Shown here one piece after another: positions 1 to 7,861 of a stretch of DNA of 64,000 nucleotides (position 1 is the stretch's first letter; every line of letters starts with the position of its first letter). The position numbers and the translations under genes were made by a program. A model generated the notes under the pieces. The model did not search any database. It saw only the letters and a list, made by a program, of their open reading frames with translations, and had not been told where the DNA came from. Where the stretch lies: assembly GCA_964401135.1 (NCBI GenBank), contig CAYNXC010000001.1, forward strand, positions 2,627-66,626, written 5' to 3'. The DNA is from an uncultured Candidatus Saccharibacteria bacterium (GTDB taxonomy: Bacteria > Patescibacteriota > Minisyncoccia > Phycocordibacterales > UBA9988).

Positions 1-54
1 CCACTAGCTATGTAAAGTAGAGTAAAGTATAATAATTAAGTAAAAATAATCACT

Positions 55-234
55 ATGAACAAAGAGAAACCTTTTTACAAAGCGGAAGAATTGGCTGAAA
101 TGTTGCAGGTAAACATTATGACTATTTACCGCTATATCAACGCTAAAAAGATAAAAGCATACAAACTCGGTCGTGAGTATCGGATTGATAAAACCGAATT
201 TACTGCTTTTCTTGAAAAGATAAAAACAAAATGA
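55..234 (+). CDS. Excisionase/MerR-like helix-turn-helix DNA-binding protein (59 aa; missed by ORF track)
   Basis: Hand translation MNKEKPFYKAEELAEMLQVNIMTIYRYINAKKIKAYKLGREYRIDKTEFTAFLEKIKTK matches the HTH_17 pattern (E-A-L-V-x3-T-Y-R...K-G-x2-YRI); stop overlaps the MTase ATG (ATGA). Confidence 0.85.
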   Translation: MNKEKPFYKAEELAEMLQVNIMTIYRYINAKKIKAYKLGREYRIDKTEFTAFLEKIKTK

Positions 235-1088
235 AAACTTTTAGCAATAACAATCATAAAATTCTATGGGCAGACTGTATTGACGCCCTTCAGTCCATTG
301 AAGATGGTTCTGTTGATTTGATATTTGCTGACCCTCCTTACAATATTGGAAAAAACTTTAATGGACGAAAAGATAAATACGGACATAACGAATATCTTGA
401 ATGGGCATACAAATGGCTCGCTCTATGTGTTACGAAACTGAAAAAAAATGGAAGTCTATACGTGATGACATCCACTCAATATATGCCATATTTTGACATA
501 TTTCTTAGGGATAAAATGCACATTCTAGGACGTCTTGTCTGGTCCTATGACAGCTCAGGTGTTCAAGCTAAAAACTATTATGGCTCAATGTATGAACCAA
601 TCCTTTATGCCGTAAAAGATAAGGATGACTACACGTTTAACGCTGACGAAATTCTTGTTGAGGCAAAGACAGGGGCAAAGAGGAAGTTAATTGATTACAG
701 AAAAAAAGTTCCGACGGTCTATAACTCTAAAAAAGTCCCTGGTAACGTATGGCAATTCTCTCGTGTCAGGTACCGAATGGAAGAGTACGAAAATCACCCG
801 ACACAAAAGCCAGTTGCATTACTAGATAGAATTATAAGAGCAAGTTCAAACAAAGGTGATACTATTCTTGACCCATTTTCTGGAACATTTACTACCTCTT
901 ACGTGGCAAAAAGTCTTGATAGAAAATCAATCGGAATAGAGATTGAAGAAGAGTATGTCAAAATTGGTTTAAGAAGATTAGAGATTTCAGACACTTACAA
1001 TGGTAAAAAACTGAAGCGTCAACCAAAAATTTATGAAGTTGAAAATGAGAACACTGTAAGTTTATTTACAAACCAAACTAACCAATAA
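231..1088 (+). CDS. Beta-class N6-adenine DNA methyltransferase, YhdJ/M.AvaIII-like (probably ATGCAT)
   Basis: DPPY motif IV precedes the DPFSG motif I; blocks WSYDSSGVQAK, GSMYEPIL, LIDYRK, VPGNVW and YENHPTQKP match my recollection of E. coli YhdJ. Confidence 0.9.
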   Translation: MKTFSNNNHKILWADCIDALQSIEDGSVDLIFADPPYNIGKNFNGRKDKYGHNEYLEWAYKWLALCVTKLKKNGSLYVMTSTQYMPYFDIFLRDKMHILGRLVWSYDSSGVQAKNYYGSMYEPILYAVKDKDDYTFNADEILVEAKTGAKRKLIDYRKKVPTVYNSKKVPGNVWQFSRVRYRMEEYENHPTQKPVALLDRIIRASSNKGDTILDPFSGTFTTSYVAKSLDRKSIGIEIEEEYVKIGLRRLEISDTYNGKKLKRQPKIYEVENENTVSLFTNQTNQ

Positions 1089-1090
1089 AT

Positions 1091-2224
1091 ATGACATCAA
1101 AACATCCATTCACAGAAATAATAAACGAAATTCTACAGTCTCTCTTTCAAGAGGCATCCATAGGTATTTATGAAAAAAGTACTCTTTTGCAATATATAAA
1201 TATTAAGACCAAATCAGCAAATAAGGGTTCAAAGTCTAGAGGAAGTTTTGCGAACCTGTATGCAATCTATGTACTTGCGGAAGATTACATACAAAAGGGC
1301 TTTGTTGAAAAAGGTGGATATTCAAAATATGAAGGAGCTATATTTTCAGACTTACTCAAAAGACAGAGAGAGTTACCGTTCGGTAGAAAACTTCAGAACC
1401 ACGCCCTTAATCACAGAATGAATGAGGAATACAAAAAGTATTTTCCAACAAGTGAATATACTCCTATCTTAAGAAGTCCAGAAACAAATCGTTACTGGCT
1501 TAATGAAAATTTATTGAAGGTTAAGGTTGGTAAAAAAGAATACAATCTTTCAGAAGCAATTATTAAAATTGTAGATGCGTACGTACAGGCTAAAACTCAA
1601 GCACTTGAAAAGTTTATAAATGACTGTAAAGAGCTTGAAAATATCTCAAGGAAAAATCCTGAAGCCGTTGAAAACTTTATATTCAATCTACTTGAACCTA
1701 ATGTAGATGCACGACTATTTGAAATAGTCAGCTATGCAGTATTGAAGTCATTTTATTCTGAGCAAAAAGTATATTTCGGATATTCAAAAGATGCGATTGA
1801 GGAAGAGGCATTGTTGCTTTATAAAACAGGGCGTACAAACGCAAACGACGGCGGTATTGACTATGTGATGCGACCTGTCGGCAGGTTCTTTCAGGTTACT
1901 GAAACTCTAGATGTCAAAAAGTACTTTCTAGACATTGATAAGATTGAAAAGTTTCCAATAACTTTCGTTATTAAGTCTGAAGAAGATGATAAAGAGTTAT
2001 CAAAGCGTTTAAGAAAAGGTGCCGAAGAGCAATATGGGGTTGAAAGAGTAGTAGAAAGTTATATGAACTGTATTGAAGAAATTATCAATATTCCTGAATT
2101 AAAGAACCGATTTAGAGAAACAATTCAAAAGAATAAGCTAAAAGATATTCTTTCTGAGATAATTAAGCAAAGTGAAGTTGAGTTCAACTATGAAGAGGAA
2201 GATGACGACGAGGAAGTAAATTAA
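1091..2224 (+). CDS. Type II restriction endonuclease cognate to the upstream MTase
   Basis: 2 bp downstream of the MTase; PD-(D/E)xK-like centre (GRTNANDGGID...FQVT); 377 aa with an acidic tail. Confidence 0.7.
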   Translation: MTSKHPFTEIINEILQSLFQEASIGIYEKSTLLQYINIKTKSANKGSKSRGSFANLYAIYVLAEDYIQKGFVEKGGYSKYEGAIFSDLLKRQRELPFGRKLQNHALNHRMNEEYKKYFPTSEYTPILRSPETNRYWLNENLLKVKVGKKEYNLSEAIIKIVDAYVQAKTQALEKFINDCKELENISRKNPEAVENFIFNLLEPNVDARLFEIVSYAVLKSFYSEQKVYFGYSKDAIEEEALLLYKTGRTNANDGGIDYVMRPVGRFFQVTETLDVKKYFLDIDKIEKFPITFVIKSEEDDKELSKRLRKGAEEQYGVERVVESYMNCIEEIINIPELKNRFRETIQKNKLKDILSEIIKQSEVEFNYEEEDDDEEVN

Positions 2225-2228
2225 ATCT

Positions 2229-3743
2229 ATGAAAGCAATAAACGTCTCACGAGTATCAACAGAAGAACAAAAAGAAGCTGGAAACTCGTTGCCCGCTCAG
2301 ATTGAGCGTATAGACAGTTATTGCAAAAAGAAAGGCTTTGATATTGCTAAAGCATTCAGTTTTGACGAAAGTGCTTACAAAGAAAAAAGAGATGAATTTG
2401 ATAAGCTCCTAGAGTTTGTTGAAGAAACCATCAAAAAAGAAAAGATTGCGGTCTGCTTTGATAAAGTGGACCGTCTTTCTAGAAGCGTATTTGATAAACG
2501 TGTAGCACGTCTCTACGAGCTTGCAGTGGCAGACAAAATTGAACTGCACTTTGTATCGGAGGGACAAGTCATAAACAGTCAGATGTCTGCCGTAGAAAAG
2601 TTTCAGTTCGGTATGAGCTTGGGATTGGCAAAGTATTACTCTGATGCAATCGGCGATAACGTAAAGCGAGCTTTTGAACAGAAACGAAGAAATGGCGAAT
2701 GGACAGGAGCCGTTCGCTTGGGTTATTTGAACGTATCTCTAGATGCAGAAAAGAGATTGCGTAAAGATATAATCATTGACCCAGAAAGAGGACATCTTGT
2801 ACAAAAAATGTTTGAAGAATATGCGACTGGCAACTACTCACTTGAAACCATCCGTATCAAGATGACTGAACTCGGACTTAGAACTCTCAAAGGAAATAAG
2901 CTATCAAAAAGTGGAGTTGAAAACATACTTAAAGACAGTTTCTACTGCGGTATTGCCATATCAAAAAAGTACGGCTCTTACGCTCATAAATACCCACGAT
3001 TGGTTTCAAAGGAATTGTTTGATAAGTGCCAAGAGATACGTCTTAAACGCAGAAAACAGCCCTATAAGGCACATTCTAAGGACTTTATATTCAAAGGGCT
3101 TCTCAAGTGCCAAAATTGCGGTTGCACAATATCTTTTGAACACAAAATCAAACCGAGCGGTAAAGAATATGTCATCGGTTCTTGCACGAATGCCAAGGGT
3201 ATTTGCAAAAAGGTATATGTGAACGAAACGGACCTACTCCAGCCCGTGTACGAGGTTTTAGACCGCTTTCAGACGATTACAGACGAGGTCCAGAATGGAT
3301 TGGTAGATGAACTAAGAAAGAATACCGAAGCAGAGGTTGTATTCCATAAAGCACAGATAAACCGTATCCGAACGGATTACGACAATCTCAAGGCAAAAGA
3401 CGACCGCTTGCTTGAAGCATACCTAGACCAGAGTATTACTAAGGATGTTTATGACAAAAAACATCAAGACTATCAGGATAAAATACAGGTCCTTGAAATT
3501 GAACTTTCAGAACACAGAAAAGCAGACTACGATTACCAAACAACCATTGCCACAGTCATTTCAGTAGCACGCAGAGCAAGAAGTATTTTTGATAACAGTT
3601 CTGAACCTGCTGAAAAAAGAGCTTTCTTGAACTACCTACTTCAGAACCCGACCGTAAACGGAAAAAAGCTATATTTTTCAATAGCTTCTCCATTCAATCT
3701 AGTACTAGAACTAGCTGATTGTCCTAACTGGCTCCGCGGCTAG
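2229..3743 (+). CDS. Large serine recombinase (integrase)
   Basis: RVST catalytic serine, DRLSR motif, recombinase domain, zinc ribbon (LKCQNCG...SC...C), coiled coil; ends inside the tRNA. Confidence 0.93.
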   Translation: MKAINVSRVSTEEQKEAGNSLPAQIERIDSYCKKKGFDIAKAFSFDESAYKEKRDEFDKLLEFVEETIKKEKIAVCFDKVDRLSRSVFDKRVARLYELAVADKIELHFVSEGQVINSQMSAVEKFQFGMSLGLAKYYSDAIGDNVKRAFEQKRRNGEWTGAVRLGYLNVSLDAEKRLRKDIIIDPERGHLVQKMFEEYATGNYSLETIRIKMTELGLRTLKGNKLSKSGVENILKDSFYCGIAISKKYGSYAHKYPRLVSKELFDKCQEIRLKRRKQPYKAHSKDFIFKGLLKCQNCGCTISFEHKIKPSGKEYVIGSCTNAKGICKKVYVNETDLLQPVYEVLDRFQTITDEVQNGLVDELRKNTEAEVVFHKAQINRIRTDYDNLKAKDDRLLEAYLDQSITKDVYDKKHQDYQDKIQVLEIELSEHRKADYDYQTTIATVISVARRARSIFDNSSEPAEKRAFLNYLLQNPTVNGKKLYFSIASPFNLVLELADCPNWLRG

Positions 3744-3804
3744 GGCTCGAACCTAGGACATCCTCGTTAACAGCGAGGCGCTCTACCAACTGAGCTACCG
3801 CGGA
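3729..3804 (-). tRNA. tRNA-Asn (GTT), CCA encoded
   Basis: Reverse complement TCCGCGGTAGCTCAGTTGGTAGAGCGCCTCGCTGTTAACGAGGATGTCCTAGGTTCGAGCCCTAGCCGCGGAGCCA forms a cloverleaf, anticodon GTT. Confidence 0.97.
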
Positions 3805-3875
3805 ATATAAGGGAATAGTGGTCTGCGCTATAAGCCACCTCTATAGTAGCAAACCCTACTGCTATTTCAATACAT

Positions 3876-3998
3876 CTATTTTGTCACCCCTTCGTACACA
3901 ATCTTTGAGATACCCTCTATCGTTTTTTCCAACTTACTAAACTCTCCCCCACGAGTCATGATACAAACAAGGTAGGGCTTGGCAGGGGCATACCGCAT
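3876..3998 (-). pseudogene. Probable C-terminal remnant of a class-A beta-lactamase-like serine hydrolase
   Basis: Translates to MRYAPAKPYLVCIMTRGGEFSKLEKTIEGISKIVYEGVTK, resembling the PYLLCVMT...ISKxVYE C-terminus of Beta-lactamase2 proteins; in-frame stop upstream. Confidence 0.45.
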
Positions 3999-4039
3999 TG
4001 ATTGCTACATAATACCCAATTGGTAAATAAAAAGATAAT

Positions 4040-4115
4040 TTGACATATGATGCATTTGCATGCTAAATTATATAAGGTAGGCTGATTACAGCCTTGATCT
4101 TTACATAATTGGAGG
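4040..4115 (+). promoter_or_regulatory. Sigma70 promoter, hairpin, boxA-like element and SD upstream of the kinase-like gene
   Basis: TTGACA (4040)-18-TAAATT with extended TG; AGGCTG-ATTA-CAGCCT (4079-4094); TGATCTTTACA (4095-4105); GGAGG (4111). Confidence 0.55.
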
Positions 4116-4122
4116 AAGAGTA

Positions 4123-4791
4123 ATGGGAATAGGAGAGCATTATCTCAGGCCACAGCAACTTATACCAAAGCGGTCCGTTGTCTTACTTATCGGCCCTCCC
4201 CTTGTGGGAAAGGACGAGATGGTAAGACTTCTCTCTACCATCATGACCAAAGATGAAATCAAGGGGACAGTGAGGCATATCTCTGTGGATAAGGTACTCC
4301 GCTGGAGTACCGATCGATGTGTACAGTCATGTAGGGACGAAAATCACACTATCCCAGAGGGACTACTCCTTAGTATCATGGAGGCAGAGATCAATGCTAG
4401 TGTGCAAAATGTGCACCTCACTGTTGTGAATGATTACCCTCGTACACGAGAGCAGGCAGAGTGCCTTCTCGCCCTACTACAGAAGCATAGAATTCTTCGC
4501 CCTGTCTGTGTGCATCTCGCAGGCAACTACGAGCTGCTCTCCAAGCGTCTCACTACACATCTCTTGCACAAGAGAGATACAGTGGCTACCTTTGACAAAG
4601 TTATGTACCGCTGGGGAGAGTATCGGCATTCCTGTGAGACATTGGTCCCCTATCTGCGTCAAGCAACGCAGTTTGTGGAAGTCAATCCGGAGCCACCAGA
4701 TGAAAGAAAGCGAAAGCCAAATTCCATTTTTGCAGAGATATGGACGCTCATTGGCCACCACATCACTGACTTGCGACCTATATCGGCCTGA
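4123..4791 (+). CDS. Divergent adenylate/NMP kinase-family protein
   Basis: P-loop-like GPPLVGKD and NDYPRTREQA (cf. the Adk DGFPRTxxQA signature). Confidence 0.65.
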   Translation: MGIGEHYLRPQQLIPKRSVVLLIGPPLVGKDEMVRLLSTIMTKDEIKGTVRHISVDKVLRWSTDRCVQSCRDENHTIPEGLLLSIMEAEINASVQNVHLTVVNDYPRTREQAECLLALLQKHRILRPVCVHLAGNYELLSKRLTTHLLHKRDTVATFDKVMYRWGEYRHSCETLVPYLRQATQFVEVNPEPPDERKRKPNSIFAEIWTLIGHHITDLRPISA

Positions 4792-4815
4792 AGACGGCTC
4801 ATCCATCCCTCCTGT

Positions 4816-4852
4816 AGCCCCCCTCGTGCCTTATGCACTTTGGGGGGCTTTT
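4816..4852 (+). terminator. Probable intrinsic terminator
   Basis: AGCCCCCC...GGGGGGCT stem followed by a short T run. Confidence 0.55.
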
Positions 4853-4854
4853 GC

Positions 4855-4973
4855 TTGACTTTTACTTACAATAGTGTATACTGTCTTGTGTCAGTAGGCT
4901 CTCGGGTGAACTATTTTTAGGGGTCATACGAGAAGTGTCGGTCTACTAGTGTAGTAGTTAAAAAATAGTTCAC
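4855..4973 (+). promoter_or_regulatory. Promoter and structured 5' UTR (candidate RNA switch) of the RRM gene
   Basis: TTGACT (4855)-16-TATACT (4877); mutually exclusive helices 4893-4947 versus 4906-4918/4961-4973. Confidence 0.65.
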
Positions 4974-5267
4974 ATGGCAAAGAAGTTGTACATCGGTAGC
5001 TTGAGCTACTCCACAACCAATGACAGCCTCAAGGCCGCTTTCGAGCAGGTCGGTGCTGTCTCTTCTGCTTCTGTCATTATGGATAAGATGACCGGCCGCT
5101 CACGCGGATTCGGCTTCGTCGAAATGCCTAATGATGATGAGGCGATGAAGGCAATTGAGTTTTGGAACGGCAAAGAGCTTGATGGCCGCGCACTCGTTGT
5201 TAACGAGGCACGCCCGATGGCAGAGCGCCCTCCCCGACGGGAAGGTGGTTACTCTCGCTCGTTCTAA
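4974..5267 (+). CDS. RRM-domain RNA-binding protein (Rbp family)
   Basis: RNP2 LYIGSL, RNP1 RGFGFVEM, VNEARP, Gly/Arg tail. Confidence 0.95.
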   Translation: MAKKLYIGSLSYSTTNDSLKAAFEQVGAVSSASVIMDKMTGRSRGFGFVEMPNDDEAMKAIEFWNGKELDGRALVVNEARPMAERPPRREGGYSRSF

Positions 5268-5276
5268 AGTAATGAG

Positions 5277-5314
5277 ACAAAAAATCCCCCCGCTACGGCA
5301 GAGGGATTTTTTGT
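5277..5314. terminator. Bidirectional intrinsic terminator between the RRM gene and eno
   Basis: ACAAAAAATCCC...GGGATTTTTTGT inverted repeat between convergent genes. Confidence 0.75.
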
Positions 5315-5315
5315 A

Positions 5316-6590
5316 TTAGATAATTTTTCCGGCATACGAAGCCGCCTCTCCATAGAGCTCCTCTAAACGGAGTAGTTGATTGTATTTAGACACCCGTTCA
5401 CTGCGTGAGAGCGATCCAGTTTTGATCTGTCCGCATCCACTCCCAACCGCGAGGTCTGCAATGCTTGTATCTTCAGTCTCTCCTGAACGGTGCGAGACGA
5501 TGTTCCGGTATCCATGCGCTTCTGCAAAGATCATTACATCAAGTGCCTCGGTCACCGTCCCTACCTGATTTAATTTAATGAGTACTGCATTTGCCGCTTT
5601 CTCTGTTACTCCTTTCTCAATACGCGGGAGCTTGGTGCAGAAAAGATCATCCCCTACCACCTGTATGCGCGAGCCTAATACTTCTGTTAATGCAGTATGA
5701 GCTCCCCAATCATCTTCCGCAAAACCATCCTCAATAGAGACAATCGGATAATCATCACACCAGAGACGGTAGCGCTCAATCAGCTCATCCGCAGTGAATA
5801 CCCTCCCTTCGCGGACAAAATGATATACACCATCCTTGTACAACTCGCTCGCCGCCACATCAAGTGCGATCCCCATGTGTACACCGGGTTTATAGCCTGC
5901 CTTCGCCATCGCCGCGAGGAGTAGTTCAAATACTTCCTCGCTCGTCGTAAGTGTGGGAGCAAAACCTCCTTCATCACCAACCAGCGTAGAGAGTCCACGC
6001 TCGGCAAGAATCATCTTCAGTGCATGGAATGTTTCTGCGCCATAGCGAAGTGCTTCTTTAAAACTTGACGCACCGTAGGGTACGAGCATCCACTCCTGAA
6101 TATCTGTAGAACCAGCCGCGTGTACACCTCCATTTATTACATTCATGAGTGGCGTGGGGAGTGAGAGTAGACGAGTGAAGGGAACAAGTCCACGGAAGTA
6201 GTCAGCGAGCCGCTTTTTTTCGGCAAGTGCAGAGGCTTTCACAAAGGAGAGCGAGACACCAAGAATCGCGTTTGCGCCCAGTTTCTCTTTATTGGCAGTG
6301 CCATCAAGTGCAATAAGTGCCTCATCTAAAGAGCGTTGTGTCCACTCCTTCCCTACCAGTGTCGAGGCAATAAGAGTTTTGACATTTTCAGTAGCATGTG
6401 TTACACCTTTAGATAGGTAGCGACTGTCCTTATCCCGGAGTTCTAGTGCCTCATGAGACCCCTTAGAGGCTCCGGAGGGCACACTCGCCCGTCCAGAAGA
6501 GCCGTCCTCCAAGATGCAGTCCACCTCAACCGTCGGATAACCGCGAGAATCTAGTATCTCTCGCGCGAAGAGTGTTTGTATCTTAAACAT
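5316..6590 (-). CDS. eno: Enolase
   Basis: DSRGYPTVE, VPSGASKG, GDEGGFAP, SHRSGETED, KYNQLLRLEE. Confidence 0.97.
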   Translation of the reverse strand: MFKIQTLFAREILDSRGYPTVEVDCILEDGSSGRASVPSGASKGSHEALELRDKDSRYLSKGVTHATENVKTLIASTLVGKEWTQRSLDEALIALDGTANKEKLGANAILGVSLSFVKASALAEKKRLADYFRGLVPFTRLLSLPTPLMNVINGGVHAAGSTDIQEWMLVPYGASSFKEALRYGAETFHALKMILAERGLSTLVGDEGGFAPTLTTSEEVFELLLAAMAKAGYKPGVHMGIALDVAASELYKDGVYHFVREGRVFTADELIERYRLWCDDYPIVSIEDGFAEDDWGAHTALTEVLGSRIQVVGDDLFCTKLPRIEKGVTEKAANAVLIKLNQVGTVTEALDVMIFAEAHGYRNIVSHRSGETEDTSIADLAVGSGCGQIKTGSLSRSERVSKYNQLLRLEELYGEAASYAGKII

Positions 6591-6637
6591 ACATGTAGGT
6601 ACGCAGAAATTGTAGCATCTTTACATATAATCACAAT

Positions 6638-7861
6638 ATGGCATCAAGCACACTCATCGTATTCTTCGCCGGGTTACCGGCTCTGATAAATTCGCTCCAA
6701 GCGAAAGACTTTATTGATGTAGCAGTTGCAGCTTTCCTCATCTATCTGATCCTAATTTTTATAAAACAGAGTCGCTCGTACTTTGTAGTAAGTGCCTTGG
6801 TACTCCTCGCATCGGTAAACTTTTTAGGGAGTATTTTTAATTTAAGCCTCACACGCCAAATTGTGCAGCCTGTCCTTACCTTCTTCATCGTAATTGTCGT
6901 CATCGTCTTTCAGCGCGAGATACGCCGCTTTTTTGAGTGGTTCTCGTTCACTTCTAGACGCCTCGCACACGAGCGCAAACAAAATGTATCTGAAGGTATC
7001 TCTGTTGTTATTGCTCGCGCACTTTTGGAGATGGCTAAGCGAAACTTTGGTGCAATTATTGTGCTTGAGGGCGAGTACCCATTAGATAATGTTACTGAGG
7101 GCGGCTTCCCATTAGACGGACGGATTTCCATCCCTCTCCTCCTCTCTATCTTTGATCCCACATCTCCTGGGCATGATGGAGCAGTGATTATTGATAATCA
7201 TCGTATCCGCCGCTTTGGTGTACACCTACCACTCGCAGAAAATTTTGACAAGTTCTCTAAGTTTGGCACTCGTCACCGCGCAGCTGTGGGTATTACCGAG
7301 AAAACAGATGCGCTTGCGCTTGTTGTCTCTGAAGAAAAAGGTACGGTCTCATATGCCGATAGTGGCAAGCTGATTACCGTAAGTGAACCAGATAAACTAG
7401 AAAAAATAATTGAAGATTTTCTCAAAGAAGGGATCCATGAGAGTCATGCGCCATGGAAGGATTTACTTGCGCATAACCTGTGGCATAAATTAGGCGCCAT
7501 CTGTCTCTCTATCATACTATGGTTTACCTTTGTATATCAGACCGGCGTCACTACCCAGCAGATAAAAGCAGCCATTGAGTTCCGTTCCCTTCCTAGTACT
7601 CTCGTGATTGAGAATACCGATATTCACGAGGTGAGCCTTACCATCTCTGGTAATTACCGCGATTTCCGTGGCATCACGCCTAATAATATTAAAGTCGTTG
7701 TGGACCTATCGGAGGCACGCGCGGGTACTAGACGCTACAATATCTCGAAAGAGAATATCACCCTCCCGAGCTACTTCACCCTCACGAGCATACAGCCCAA
7801 GAGCGTCCGTGTCATCACCGTCCCAGTGCCGCAAGTAAGAGGCTCTAGGGAATCAAGTTGA
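6638..7861 (+). CDS. cdaA: Diadenylate cyclase CdaA fused to a YbbR/CdaR-like domain
   Basis: Three N-terminal TM helices, FQREIRR, HDGA and GTRHRAA DAC motifs, then a TM and a YbbR-like beta domain. Confidence 0.88.
   Translation: MASSTLIVFFAGLPALINSLQAKDFIDVAVAAFLIYLILIFIKQSRSYFVVSALVLLASVNFLGSIFNLSLTRQIVQPVLTFFIVIVVIVFQREIRRFFEWFSFTSRRLAHERKQNVSEGISVVIARALLEMAKRNFGAIIVLEGEYPLDNVTEGGFPLDGRISIPLLLSIFDPTSPGHDGAVIIDNHRIRRFGVHLPLAENFDKFSKFGTRHRAAVGITEKTDALALVVSEEKGTVSYADSGKLITVSEPDKLEKIIEDFLKEGIHESHAPWKDLLAHNLWHKLGAICLSIILWFTFVYQTGVTTQQIKAAIEFRSLPSTLVIENTDIHEVSLTISGNYRDFRGITPNNIKVVVDLSEARAGTRRYNISKENITLPSYFTLTSIQPKSVRVITVPVPQVRGSRESS

Larger units (their letters stand above)
1..3743. mobile_element. 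Right end of an integrative island (R-M plus integrase) inserted at tRNA-Asn; other end lies outside the window
   Basis: AT-rich block with Xis-like, R-M and integrase genes abutting the tRNA 3' end. Confidence 0.8.

Noticed and set aside
2911-3222. Overlapping ORF inside the integrase as a possible RDF
   Set aside because: No recognisable motif or start signal; likely a chance alternative frame
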